NCBI RefSeq assembly: GCF_001194135.2 | Contig: NC_068988.1 | Location: forward strand, 94,209,644-94,273,643 | Direction of reading: 5' to 3' | Length of the DNA stretch: 64,000 bases | Source: Octopus bimaculoides | Lineage: Eukaryota | Shown: piece by piece, positions 12,793 to 25,406 of the stretch | Position numbering within the stretch: position 1 is the stretch's first letter | Layout of the letters: each line of letters starts with the position of its first letter | Notes under the pieces: model-generated | What the model was told of the DNA's origin: nothing | The model's input: only the letters and a program-made list of their open reading frames with translations | The model's database searches: none | Made by a program: the position numbers and the translations under genes

Positions 12793-13022
12793 TTAACGCT
12801 TTCGATACCAACCCGGCTGAAACCACCTCTGGCTCTGTAAGACAAATATCTTGTTTTCAAAAGTTCTGAATTAAAGTCTTCTGTTCAACCTTAGTCACAA
12901 TTTATGTTTCTAACAATAGCTTAATGATAACTAAGTTATTTTACTAAATTATTTGTTATATTTGAAATTAATTGAAAGAAACACAGAATATCTCAACAGA
13001 AATATGGTGACAAAAGGATTGA
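12793..13022. mobile_element. Probable non-autonomous DNA transposon (MITE, TTAA/piggyBac-like ends), about 230 bp
   Basis: Left end ttaa-cgctttcgatacca; right end tggtgacaaaagga-ttga (reverse complement tcaa-tccttttgtcacca). 12 of 18 positions match and there is no ORF. The TIRs are degenerate. Confidence 0.45.
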
Positions 13023-13581
13023 ATATATACACGGTTGTCAATTGTGGGACAAAACGCAAAATTTGAATTATTTTTCATTAGTTTAATGATATTGTGCTGT
13101 GGTCATACAGTTAATTGTTATTTTAAAATCAAGGTCACTGCTAGTTCGCGTAATGCATCTGTAGATAAATATTAAGTAGGAATCTACGAAAGAATTATTC
13201 ATAACAATGGATACATGTGAATACATGTGGAAGAGTGAAGGAAGGATATGTAACACAAACAAAAGTTTCTGACCAATTCTCGCAATCGGGGACAATTAAG
13301 ACGAACAATGGAGTATCTGAAGAGAAAAGTACAGCGAAAATAATTACTAAAATGCTGTAAGACTGGCAAAGAATATTATGCAACGAAAGGTAAAAGAGAA
13401 GAAATAGAAAGATATAAAATTGAAGAAATGAAGTTGTGAAATGCCATCAAAGACAGACTAAAGTATCACGTTGAAAAAATTAACAGAAAATACTTTTTAA
13501 TGACGAGAGTAAAAATAGTCATTGCAACGAAACAAAACGGCAGATAGTGGCCTAATAAAGAAATCGTAAACGAAGATGAGA

Positions 13582-13595
13582 ACCAACACACACAT

Positions 13596-13690
<95 letters not shown>
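13582..13690 (+). repeat. (CA)n microsatellite
   Basis: Direct reading. Confidence 0.98.
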
Positions 13691-14340
13691 AAATTAATGT
13701 AGGCGTTAAAGGGGACCGTTCACAGAAAAGTACAGGAAATAGAAGATTTGATGTGCGTGGGTATATAGGCCTGTAAATGTTATTGGTGTGCCAGTATGCT
13801 TGCATTATGGTATTAATAGCCAGTGTGTTTGCACGGTGTATTGTGAGACGTCAGAGAGAATATCTGAAAGATTAATAGAGCAAGAAGAGGAGTGAAAAAG
13901 ATTCTAAATCGAAGAAGAATTAAGAAAGAACAGATAGAGATATGACCGTATTGCAATAAAAAACCGTGAAAGGAAACAAATAAAAGAATGGGAATAAAGA
14001 ATAAGAAAGGGGCGGAGATAGAATGAGACAAAGTTACGAATAACGAAATAAGGAGAAACAGGGTCTAAGAAACAAGCAGCCATGGTATGAAGTCATTAGA
14101 GAGCAAGAAAGTTAGGCGATCCTGAGAAGGCAATGAAGCGTCAGTAAAGGAAATTACCGAATAGTCGAAACGGAGCGGCAAAACAGCTTATTGGGACGGC
14201 ATCGTGAAAAGAAAGCCATAAAAATTGAGACAACAATTAAAACGGCGCATTCAGTGACCATGTGTATTAACAGAATAGGATAAAAGAAATGAGAGAGAGA
14301 CAAAGATAGATAGAGATAGAGATAGAGAAAGAGAAAGAGA

Positions 14341-14466
14341 GAAGAAGAAGAAGAAGAAGAAGAAGAAGAAGAAGAAGAAGAAGAAGAAGAAGAAGAAGAA
14401 GAAGAAGAAGAAGAAGAAGAAGAAGAAGAAGAAGAAGAAGAAGAAGAAGAAGAAGAAGAAGAAGAA
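14341..14466 (+). repeat. Pure (GAA)n, about 42 units
   Basis: Direct reading and count. Confidence 0.98.
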
Positions 14467-15076
14467 GAGTCATGAGAATCTAATGAGTGTTGATAGGAAG
14501 AATATGGGGGAACTGGTTGCATTTCAGTGTTTCCAGGCGTATGGTCAAAGATGTGGAAATACTAACTAAAAGAACATTGGCCGAATAGAAGCAAATGATT
14601 AGGACTCGCAGTCTTGAAATGGGTTTGGCTGGGTCTTTTATTGATATTAAGCAACTTAGAATTACATGCTTTCTCCGATTCCTTTGTATTTTCTTTATGT
14701 TTTCTTCATTCATATTTTTATTGTTATTTTAATAATCTTCCGAATTTGCTCAAGATAGGGATTTCTTATTGATTTCCATTCTTTGAACATTCTATACTGT
14801 CTACGGATAGGCTCAGGTGCTCAACCGTTGAAAAAAAGTCATTAGTCTACTTAAACGGTGTTCAAAATTACGTCCAATTCTTTTGTCGTATATAATTAAC
14901 AATCAATACGTCTCAAAGAAATCTTGTTCTAATTTCTCTTTATATTTCTCAAGAAAGATCCCTACCGTCAGTAAGATATTAAACCCCTTCTTTTTCCAAT
15001 TATTATTATTATTATTGTCATTATCATAATCATCATTATATTTATCAATAATAATAGTAATAATAATAATAATAGT

Positions 15077-15345
15077 CCGGCTATGTAAAATGAAGAAAGT
15101 GATGATAGTGCCAATTATTGTTGGTCCTTGGGAACAGTATCAGAAGGCATCAAGGGGAACATAAAGGAAATCGGAATCGAGTGCTCAGTAGAACTGTTAC
15201 AAAAGGTTTGCCTCCTTGGCAGGGCCCGACTAATCAGGACAGTATTAGATTGCTGAAAAGAATGGATAGTATGGTACCGTAAGCTGCGGGTTGTAAGCCC
15301 ACCACGCATGCAAGGCTCCAGAAGATCCAACGAAACCTGTGATAA
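15077..15345 (+). mobile_element. R4/Dong-type LINE, extreme 3' end plus 3' UTR (stack fragment 1)
   Basis: RLCKMKKVMIVPIIVG/LGTVSEGIKGNIKEIGIECSVELLQKVCLLGRARLIRTVLDC* with one frameshift (stop 15254-15256). Preceded by (AAT)n. Confidence 0.85.
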
Positions 15346-15348
15346 AAA

Positions 15349-15705
15349 GAATACAAGCGCAGACACGACATGGTAGCCGAAAACCTCCACTGGCTACTAT
15401 GCCGTAAGCATGGATATGAGGTTACGAGTGTTTGGTACCGACATACACCGGAAAAGGTAATGGACGAACAGGGGGAGGCAAAAATCCTCTGGAACTTTGA
15501 CTTCCAGACGGACAAGGTATTAGAGCAGCGAAGGACGGATATGGTAACAAACAATAGTGCCTAATAATTGATGTGGCAGTGCCAGGAGATCAGCATATCA
15601 TCATGAAAGAAAGAGAAAAGGTTGATAAATATGGAGACCTCAGAATTGTGATCATTAAAATGTGGCAGCTACGTGAGTCAAACATAAACATTATTCCTCT
15701 TGTCA
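15349..15705 (+). mobile_element. R4/Dong-type LINE, restriction-like endonuclease region (fragment 2)
   Basis: EYKRRHDMVAENLHWLLCRKHGYEVTSVWYRHTPEKVMDEQGEAKILWNFDFQTDKVLEQRRTDMV/LIIDVAVPGDQHIIMKEREKVDKYGDL, which contains the RHD, ILWDF-like and decayed PD..D..K RLE motifs. Confidence 0.9.
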
Positions 15706-15745
15706 GAAAGTCTATTAACACAATCGCAACAAAGTAATTCTAAAG

Positions 15746-16000
15746 CTTCACTGGCTTGTGTGCCAGAAGTATGGATACGTGGTAACGGGTGCTTGGTACC
15801 GGTATACACCAGAAAAGGTACTAGACAAAAACGGAAAGCAAAGATCCTTTGAGACTGACTTTCATACAGACAAGGTATTAAGAGCATAAAGGTTATTCCT
15901 GGTTCAAAACCACCCAACTTGATGAACCATCTGAGCACTTTAGAAATACCCCACAATTGTGAGGTATTGCAAAAATAGGCATTTAAACATAACTCCACAT
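15746..16000 (+). mobile_element. R4/Dong-type LINE, second RLE-region copy with internal deletion (fragment 3)
   Basis: LHWLVCQKYGYVVTGAWYRYTPEKVLDKNGK parallels fragment 2, then jumps to C-terminal-like NLMNHLSTLEIPHNCEVLQK. Confidence 0.75.
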
Positions 16001-16014
16001 AATATGACAAAGTA

Positions 16015-17437
16015 ATGGGAAAGCTTACTTGAGCTGATATGGAAAGACATCTGTGTGGAAGGCATAAGATTAACTCTTAACAAAAAGCTCAAAACAGGAA
16101 ATTCCCAAGAAAAGATGAGATTCTAAACTTTTAGTTATCTAATCTTCCAGCATCACATAGACCACTAGCAAAGTCTTTTCCGTATTTAATGAAACACTGT
16201 TATGAAATTCTTTCATGTTTAGCATAAGGTATAAGTTTCCTTCTTCCGAAATCGAACGAGGCCTATCACTTGTCTGTTAACTTCATATAAATTGTTTAAG
16301 CCCATTATATCAGAACAAACATATACATTTCTAGAAAACAATTACATTTTCTCTCGAACAGAAGGATTAGAAAAGTGGCTTTAACGGCTGCAAAGACCAG
16401 CTTTTCATCCACAAAATGTAACTTGAAAATTGTCATGACAGAATACGAAATCTAAACACTGCGTGGATAGACTACAAAAACATTTCGATTGTGTACCTCA
16501 TTGTTGTATTTCCAATGTATTAGACATATATAGACTCACGCTTGCAATTACAAAATTTCTGGAACACAACATAACTCTATAGAACAACACGCTTATGCGA
16601 AAAGCGAATCAAAGTGCATAAAGATTAACCGTGGTGTTTTTCAAGGGTATTTTCTTACCCTTCTCTTCTGTTTATGCTTCATTCTTTTATCTATTAAGCC
16701 CACTAATGTCAAATTAGGATATAAAATACGAATAAAGACAATATAAACACAAACTTATATTGATAATATAGTCGATTGAAACAGCGAGCAAGATCTTCTG
16801 AAAACCGTATAAAGCCATATCACCTTCCTCTGCGATTTTACAATTCATAATCATAGGACAAGTAATGTAAATCGCCCATATATAACAGTAAAAAACAAAG
16901 AGCATGGATAAAACTTGTCTCCTAACTGTTATGGCTGTCACTATGGACAATAATGTCGCAGTCAAAGAACACAATAAAATACGAATGGAAAGAACTAAGC
17001 ATGGAGATTGCCAAAATGTGACAGATGAAAATGACAAGGATATCCGTTATGATAGGGGCACTCGAAGTTATGATGAAGGGAACTGAGAAGTTCATACATA
17101 TGATACCAGGAAAACCATGCTTAAAAGGAATTTTAAAAAATAACCTTAATGGACACTGCGCACATTTCACGTACAACATTATCACTCTAAATTTCATAGA
17201 CCTATAGATATTTTTTATTGAGCACAATATACAAAATTTTTATCATCATTTATTTTAATTTTATTTCTATTTATTCATTTCTGTCCAGTACTAGCATTTC
17301 TCAGTATCATACAATCACCATATACATTAAGAACATCATATCCCTTATGCATCCACGTGGTTGGGTGACGTGTGGGGTATATTGTGTAAATACAGTAGAT
17401 ATCAAGAAATCAGATTTTTAAAAACATAATAATAAAT
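16015..17437 (+). mobile_element. R4/Dong-type LINE, decayed RT domain joined by a deletion to the RLE C-terminus and 3' UTR (fragment 4)
   Basis: RT motifs GCKDQLFIHK, NLNTAWIDYKK-FD-VPH and INRGVFQG; then NRP..KTCLLTVMAVTMDNNVAVKEHNKI and VMIGALEVMMKGTEKFIHMIPGKP, with a stop near 17188-17190. Ends aaaacataataataa. Many stops and frameshifts. Confidence 0.88.
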
Positions 17438-17532
17438 ACAGTAGGCTGTGGGCAGATGACACTTTCCATCATACCCAGCAAAACAAGCTGAGATCTTTCA
17501 TGAAGAAATAAAATAAATAGAATTATAATAAT

Positions 17533-17535
17533 AAC

Positions 17536-17607
<72 letters not shown>
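17533..17607 (+). repeat. (GAT)n microsatellite
   Basis: Direct reading. Confidence 0.98.
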
Positions 17608-17610
<3 letters not shown>

Positions 17611-17632
17611 GAAGATGAGGATGACGAGGATT

Positions 17633-17764
17633 CACTGGTACTTAATTTATCGACTCCGAAACGCAAAGTTGACCCAGGCGGAATTTGTACTCAGACCGTA
17701 AGGACGGACGTAATGCCGCTAAGCATTTTGCCCAGCATGCTAACGATTCATCCAGCGCACCACC

Positions 17765-17766
<2 letters not shown>
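17633..17766 (-). mobile_element. SINE family A, 3'-truncated
   Basis: Reverse complement reads aaggtggtgcgctggatgaatcgttagcatgctgggcaaaatgcttagcggcatt...gagtacaaattccgcc. Confidence 0.88.

Positions 17767-17838
<72 letters not shown>
17766..17838 (+). repeat. (AAT)n microsatellite between the SINE and the LINE
   Basis: Direct reading. Confidence 0.98.
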
Positions 17839-17840
<2 letters not shown>

Positions 17841-18096
17841 CATCAGAAAAATATGTAAACAGCTGACTGCTTAAGGTACATCACCCAAAGATACATAAGG
17901 TAGATCACACAAAGACAGACGTGGATCGTCTTTACCTTCCCAGAGCCCAACTAGATCGGAGGTGGATCTTACAAAAAGAAACACCACAAATGGACTGGTC
18001 AGAAATCTTGAAACTATTAAAGACTGGACGCTTATACTCGTTGAAAATCACGAGTGGCGTAAGAAGCTTCATTCTTTCATGAAGGAGAGCAAAACA
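17839..18096 (+). mobile_element. R4/Dong-type LINE, post-RT (thumb) fragment (fragment 5)
   Basis: TKTDVDRLYLPRAQ, then TTNGLVRNLETIKDWTLILVENHEWRKKLHSFMKESK. The DVDRLYLPR motif is typical of this group. Confidence 0.85.
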
Positions 18097-19799
18097 CATT
18101 GTATGTGTGTGTGCGTGCATCATGTGTGTGTGCATGTAAATAACTGTATATACACCCGCGCATATGATATATATATANNNNNNNNNNNNNNNNNNNNNNN
18201 NNNNNNNNNNNNNNNNNNNNNNNNNNNNNNNNNNNNNNNNNNNNNNNNNNNNNNNNNNNNNNNNNNNNNNNNNNNNNNNNNNNNNNNNNNNNNNNNNNNN
18301 NNNNNNNNNNNNNNNNNNNNNNNNNNNNNNNNNNNNNNNNNNNNNNNNNNNNNNNNNNNNNNNNNNNNNNNNNNNNNNNNNNNNNNNNNNNNNNNNNNNN
18401 NNNNNNNNNNNNNNNNNNNNNNNNNNNNNNNNNNNNNNNNNNNNNNNNNNNNNNNNNNNNNNNNNNNNNNNNNNNNNNNNNNNNNNNNNNNNNNNNNNNN
18501 NNNNNNNNNNNNNNNNNNNNNNNNNNNNNNNNNNNNNNNNNNNNNNNNNNNNNNNNNNNNNNNNNNNNNNNNNNNNNNNNNNNNNNNNNNNNNNNNNNNN
18601 NNNNNNNNNNNNNNNNNNNNNNNNNNNNNNNNNNNNNNNNNNNNNNNNNNNATATATATATATATATATATATATATACGTACATATGTATGTGTGAGTG
18701 TACACCTTACACCATTAAATGCACTATAGATAATCATATTGATACACATTGATGTAGGTACTATGTGTGTGTCTGTTTGTCTAGACAGACATCACATTCT
18801 ACTCCAAAGAAAATCAGCAACAGCTCACATGTTAATGATGATAGTTGTGAGAGGATCAACTCAGAGAAATAATACTTGCAAAATGTAGATCAGCAATAGT
18901 AATAGCAGCAGTGACAATATTTCGAGTTGTAGTGTTAGAGAGAGAATGACGTTTGCGTGACACATTATCAGCTCTAAGAAGCCGATTAAAGGAAACTAAA
19001 TTACACGGTTGCCTCCCCGCCAGGCACGTCCTGGCTTATGAAAGGCCGCCATTTTTGATCGAGTTCTCTCTCTGTGCGTGCAATTGTAGCGATCAAAATA
19101 GATATTTTTCTGTGAAAAATGACAATGATAAAAGATATGTCAGAGAAAATTAAGCAGCCACTACCCTCTCATATCACACCAGTATTGGTGTTTAGCATGA
19201 CCGGCCACTGTCTTAATCCTCGACCACAGATAACAGCCATTCTGAAATGATGGATCGGGAGACTGTTCGGAGAAACGCCTTAAAAAGAAAAAGAAGAGGA
19301 AAAAAAAAAGACTCACAATAAAGGTGCCGTGTTTTGGGATCGAAACGTAGAGAAATATATACAAGAAAAAGAATACAACTCTAAACAACAGAAAAAGAAA
19401 ACAATTCAACGACAAAATAATAGGAGAATACTATCATAAAAGGCCAATTGTATTTTCATACATTCAGGGTCTTTGATTCGTAGTTGTTTCTTTTCTAGTA
19501 ACATATGTATAGAGGTATGATTACGCCAAAATCTATACATGTACCCTCATATGAATGTACGCAAACATAATTCTGAAAGTTATGAATAGAAGAATATGCA
19601 TTGTTAAATAGAAACACAGACATACATGCATATGCATACACCCAAAGATACACACGGTCATAAATGTGTGTGCGTGTGTGTGCGTGTGCATGTGTGTACG
19701 TGTATCCGTTCCTAACATCATTATATACACATGTGTGGTTTGGTGAATTTCAGATAGAAGATGTATTATATAAGATTATATGCTTTCTAGATAGTCAGT

Positions 19800-20019
19800 T
19801 GTATTATACATACATGCATCTATATATATATATATATACGTGCATACACATACATGCACACACACATACATGTATGAATATATGTGTATGTATATGTATA
19901 TATATTATTTATATATTCATATTTATTATATACATCCATATTATATATATTATAGATTTATAGATATAATATAAATAAATATATATATATACATACATAT
20001 ATACACATACATGCACACA

Positions 20020-20087
<68 letters not shown>

Positions 20088-20197
20088 TATATGTGTGCAT
20101 GTGTATATATGTATATATATTATTTATATATTCATATGTATTATATACATGCATATTATATATATATATTATAGATGTAATATGTATATAATATGTA

Positions 20198-20287
<90 letters not shown>

Positions 20288-20290
20288 CAT
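19800..20290. repeat. Degenerate (TA)n/(CA)n/(TG)n low-complexity tract
   Basis: Direct reading. Confidence 0.95.
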
Positions 20291-20876
20291 ATGAGCACTT
20301 GTGGGGCACGAGGTACTAACAACAAGAACAACGATAACAAGTAAACCAAGAAGAAAACCACCGCACAGAGACACACTAGAGACACGAAGAGACCAATATC
20401 TGTATTTGTAGCAAATATTCAAAGTTTCTTAGTCGCACTTCAACGTCGCTTAGTCTGAGGTTTAAGTCGGTGCTAAGTTAACTGGCTCTGTAAATAAGAA
20501 ATCAGCCATGTCATTAAGTTAGAACCAGAAGACTTCTGTCTTTATTCGGAGACGCCAATAAATTTTTACACAATTACATTTAAGACACACGATATATTCC
20601 TCCATCTTCGTTACTTTGATGATGTTAGCTTTCTGTTTTATAGTTTCTTCTCTTTTTTATTTATATATATTTCATCGTTTTGTTTTTCTCTTCATTTTGT
20701 GTACAGAGCTAAATTCAATTTAGGGAGAAATGAAAGATGAAGTACTATTTCTAAACCTTTCTCTCAGTTCTATTTTCGGTAGATATTATCTCAATAGCAA
20801 TTCTCTTTAAGCTATCGTCCATTTTTACTTCCATCTCTCTAGTTCTGCGATTAGCTTTTTTTTCTTTTATGATATC

Positions 20877-20925
<49 letters not shown>

Positions 20926-21337
20926 TCTTGAGTTCAATTTCTGCAGTCAATGGCTTGTTGTTTCTTTGTGTAATACAGATGATTTTGCTTTGCTCTAATC
21001 AACTAAAATAAAGAGTACTAACCAAGTCTCCTTTACCGCTTTACTACATCTTCTTTCCCTGCTACCAGAATAGAGAATGTCTGGTACAAAATACTAGAAT
21101 AGATTTGCATGTGAGTTGTGGTTAAGTGAGACTACCATATCACTTAACTGGGGATTTCTTCACTCAGTGTCAGATGCTGTAGACGTCCGTGAAGACGTCG
21201 TGGAAAATGTCTGTAAAATATACATTGAGTGTCAAGGACAGTCGATATATTATAGTGGCTTGTCTTTCTCGAAGCCACGAAGGTTTTTCTCTCTACTTAC
21301 CTTCTCTAATCACCCTTCTCGGTGACCTACGGCTTAT

Positions 21338-21865
21338 TGATGACAGAACGATAGATGCAAATAGGCCAGGCATGATATTGAAAGACTTCAGACAAAAACC
21401 ATGCCTCCTCGTTGATATGACTGTCCCAATTGACATAGATGTATGTCATTGCCTATCAAAACTGAGCAAGTATACAGATCTTGAAATAGCAATTAGCAAA
21501 ATGTGGAACCTGAAGACTAAAACAATACCTGTTGGTCATTGGTGCCCTTGGAATGATAGCAAAAGGGGTTGATTATTACCAAGCTCAGATACCAGGAAAT
21601 CCCAAAATGGCAGAAATTCAAAAGATAGTGCTCATGGGAACTGCCCATATCCTATGTCACATAGTGACTGTGTAATCTCAAATTTTAAAACAAACTCATA
21701 ATTTTCTTGTTTTCTTAAACATTCTCTGCAACAATATTACTTGCAAATCCAAATATATGACACCTTAGGCATAACACCAGCATTAGCTTCTAACTTGTCT
21801 CTTGAGGACTCTGGGTGAGACTTGGAGCCAACTTGTACAAATACAAAGCAAAAGTCAAACATAAT
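21338..21865 (+). mobile_element. 5'-truncated R4/Dong-type LINE, RLE C-terminus plus complete 3' UTR
   Basis: DDRTIDANRPGMILKDFRQKPCLLVDMTVPID...SKLSKYTDLEIAISKMWNLKTKTIPV/IGALGMIAKGVDYYQAQIPGNPKMAEIQKIVLMGTAHILCHIVTV*. Ends gtcaaacataat, followed by (AAT)n. Confidence 0.92.
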
Positions 21866-21875
21866 NNNNNNNNNN

Positions 21876-21985
<110 letters not shown>

Positions 21986-22036
21986 GAATATATATACTTA
22001 GAGAGTGATAGAAAGCGGGATAGATATTTGTTTGTT

Positions 22037-22380
22037 TTATTCTCTTTTATTCTTTTACTTGTTTCAGTCTTTTGACTGTGGCCATGCTGGAGCACCGCCT
22101 TTAGTCGAGCAAATCGACCCCAGGACTTATTCTTTAAAAGCCTAGTACTTATTCTATCGGTCTCTTTTGCCGAACCGCTAAGTTACGGGGACATAAACAC
22201 ACCACCATCGGTTGTCAAGCGATGTTGGGGGACAAACACAGACACACAAACACATACACACATACATATATACGACGGGCTTCTTTCAGTTTCCGTCTAC
22301 CAAATCCACTCACAAAGCTTTGGTCGGCCCGAGGCTATAGTAGAAGGCACTTGCCCAAGATGCCACGCAGTGGGACTGAA
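22037..22380 (-). mobile_element. SINE family B, 5'-truncated, with internal (TA/TG)n and aagaat-type tail
   Basis: Matches copies at 25017-25406 and 38996-39378 (aaaggcggtgctccagcatggccacagtcaaaagactgaaacaagtaaaagaat). Confidence 0.93.
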
Positions 22381-22570
22381 AGATTTTTCCATACTTACCC
22401 TTTACTAATTGTGTGACCAATAATCTGGGCTGGAGAGATTTTCAGATTCATCTGTTCGGTATCTCCAAAACCTAGAACGCTATGTGTCTTGAGTTTTAAG
22501 CATGGTGAAACTCTGAGTAGCGACTCACGCAGACACAGCATTGTTTAATAATACACACACCAACATAAAG

Positions 22571-22607
<37 letters not shown>

Positions 22608-22754
22608 CGCACACACTTAGATACTCACATACACAGAGGCACAAATATGCACAGTCATACACACAAATACACACACTCGTATATATATGTATATATGAAG
22701 AGATGCGATTAAAATTCGATCATGTTTCAGAATATTTTTGAAATATTTTTGCTG

Positions 22755-22829
<75 letters not shown>

Positions 22830-22830
22830 T
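22755..22830 (+). repeat. (CTA)n microsatellite
   Basis: Direct reading. Confidence 0.97.
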
Positions 22831-23638
22831 TGTGTATATTTAGTCATTATTTTTGTTCATTTTAGCTCCTGAATCTGTGATAACTATAATAAACGAGTTG
22901 AGAAGTTGGAAAGAAAACAGCCCAGAGAATTAATGTCTTCCGTATCAGCAAATATATTCAGTGGAATAAATGGTGCTTGTTTACTATAATTAGTGGGTGA
23001 AAAGATGCAATTTACTATCTCGTTGCATGAACAACAGCCGGATAAGTGCAGCAATGTTACTCAAGAGAATCAGTTGCACGGATGAAAGCACGGTTAATGA
23101 ACCAACTACTGCCATCTACGTAGGGTGTGGTTCGGAGCATCAGTTTGGAACTTAGCAAGGTTTCTCTCCATAAAACTAGCTTTCACTTTTGTTATTTTCC
23201 CTATATCTCTATTGCTGATGCTATTCACCGTTGTCAGAAAGGCTACTGAACACATATGTTACTATCACAGCAATTTCTTCGATAAATTAACCGTGGTTAA
23301 GGATGAACAAAGATATTTCCTCACCAAATAGTTTATGCGAAATTGTGCTTCAATATGGATAAAATATGAGTTTCATCTACATTGACAAATCTTTGCAGTG
23401 ATTTCTTTAATGACATTCCGCGAATATCATCATACTAATTACAAGATTTTCTTGTTTGAATATCGTATGGTATTTGTTTCTTTTACACCAAACGCACAAG
23501 GACTCAGTGCTATGATCAAAGTATTTCAAGTTAGGCCCATCCAAGCGCTTTTCTATATTCCAGAATATAAAATCCAATGATCCAGCTTAAAACCTTTTCT
23601 CAGCCGTCGGCCTTCAACACTTTAATCGGAAGCCCAAT

Positions 23639-24144
23639 TGATAAATTAGTACCAGTTGCGTATTGGGGTCGATCTAATTGACTGCACTCCCCTACTCCAA
23701 AATTTCGGGCCTTGTACCTAGAGTAGTAAAGAGTCGTCGGCACGCAAAATGCTTTGCGGCATTTCGTCCGTCTTCACGTTCTGGGTTCAAATTCCGCCGA
23801 GTTCAACTTTGCCTTTCATCCTTTCGGTGGTCGATAAATTTACTATCAGTGATACAATGCGGTCGATGTAATCGACTTGTACCCTCCCCCAGATTTCAGG
23901 CCTTGTGCCTTTAGTAGAAAGGATCATTAGCTCGCCGGAAAAAATGCTTAACGTCATCTCGTCAGTCTACATTTGAGTTCAAGTTCCGCCGATGTTGGCT
24001 TTAGTTTCATTCTTTCGGTTTCGATGAAATAAGCACCAGCTGACTACCGGGGTCGATAGAATACGTACCGGATGAGCACTGAGGTCGATGTAAATGATTT
24101 AATCCCTTCCTCGAAATTGCTGGCATCGTACCAAAATTTGGAAC
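23639..24144 (+). mobile_element. Three head-to-tail SINE family A copies (about 23639-23730, 23731-23925, 23922-24144)
   Basis: Repeated taagtaccag...ggggtcgat, aaatgctt...gttcaaattccgccga and ggccttgtgcct motifs. Confidence 0.88.
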
Positions 24145-24870
24145 AGCCACACGTCATCACTTTCACACCTATGTTTAGTTCTTGATGTGTTAGCAATGGC
24201 CTCCCAGCCATGCTCATAGGTCTTTCTTTAAGAGAAATTAAATCTAGAATTGCCTCATCACGTAAAACTGCTTTTTAAAGGAGATTTGACTGCTATTTCT
24301 AGAAGGATGAACGGCTAAGTGTGGGTTACCCTGTCGGCTCGCCTTACATACTGCCGTTATTGGTTCATTACAAAGGGTTTTAAGTCAATAGCATTCCATC
24401 CAGTTATTTTTAGTTTGAAATAATTATTACATATAAGAATGGTTTTGGAGTATGCTACTGTCTAAACAAGAAAATATTGAGCTCACTGCTGATATTTGTA
24501 AATAAAACACCCATCAAAATAAAAAGAAAAAAACATTAAGCTATCGCATTGATATGGTAAAAACAATATTATTAAATTAAAGGTATAATTGACAATTTGG
24601 TAATTTATTTAATGTTTTTAGTAGTAAATTGGCTGAAGATAATATTTGCAATCGGTGATTAAGATATTTCTTAATTATATTGTTAGAATAAGACGTGAAG
24701 ATAATTATTATCAATAATTAAGATCAGGATTATGAATATTAATTTTATCTACTCTTTCACGCTTTCTTGTCTCTGTCTGTCTGTTCTCTATACAAATGTG
24801 CGCGCACACAGACACATGCTCGCGCACACTCATATTCACAACCACGAATCATGTATTCCTAAACCTCTTT

Positions 24871-25001
24871 CGCCGAGGTCGACTTTGCCTTTCGTCCTTT
24901 CGGGATCGATAAATTAAGTATCAGTTCGGTACTGGGGTCGATCTAATTGACTGCTCTCCTCCCCCAAAATTTCGAGCCTTGTGCCTAGAGGAGAAAAGAT
25001 T
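24871..25001 (+). mobile_element. SINE family A, 3' half
   Basis: cgccgaggtcgactttgcctttcgtcctttcgggatcgataaattaag...gagccttgtgcctagaggagaaaagatt. Confidence 0.9.
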
Positions 25002-25016
25002 CGTAAACTTCTTTCC

Positions 25017-25406
25017 TTTAATCTTTTATCTTTTGCTTGTTTCCGTCATTAGACTTCGGCCATGCTGGAGCACCACTATCAAGAATTTTTAAGAATAAAA
25101 ATAATCGACTCTACTATTTATTTTTTCTAAAGCTTGGTACTTATTCTATGGGTTCTCCTTCGCCGAACCACTAAGTTAAGGGGAACATAAACACACCAAA
25201 CCGATAGTTCAGCGGTGGTGGATCAAACACACACACGCACACACATACGACAAGCTCGCTTTCAGTTTCCGTCTTCCAAATCCACTCACAAGGCTTTGGT
25301 TAGTCCGAGGCTATAGTAGAAGACACTTGCCCAAGGTGCCACGGGGTGAGACTGAACCCGGAACCATATGGTTGGGAAGTAGGCTTCATTCCACACTGCC
25401 TGCGCC
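25017..25406 (-). mobile_element. SINE family B, near full length, tail-to-tail with the preceding SINE A
   Basis: Reverse complement has the tRNA-like head ggcgcaggcagtgtggaatgaag...ggttccgggttcagtc, then CORE-like ggcaccttgggcaagtgtcttctac. Confidence 0.9.
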
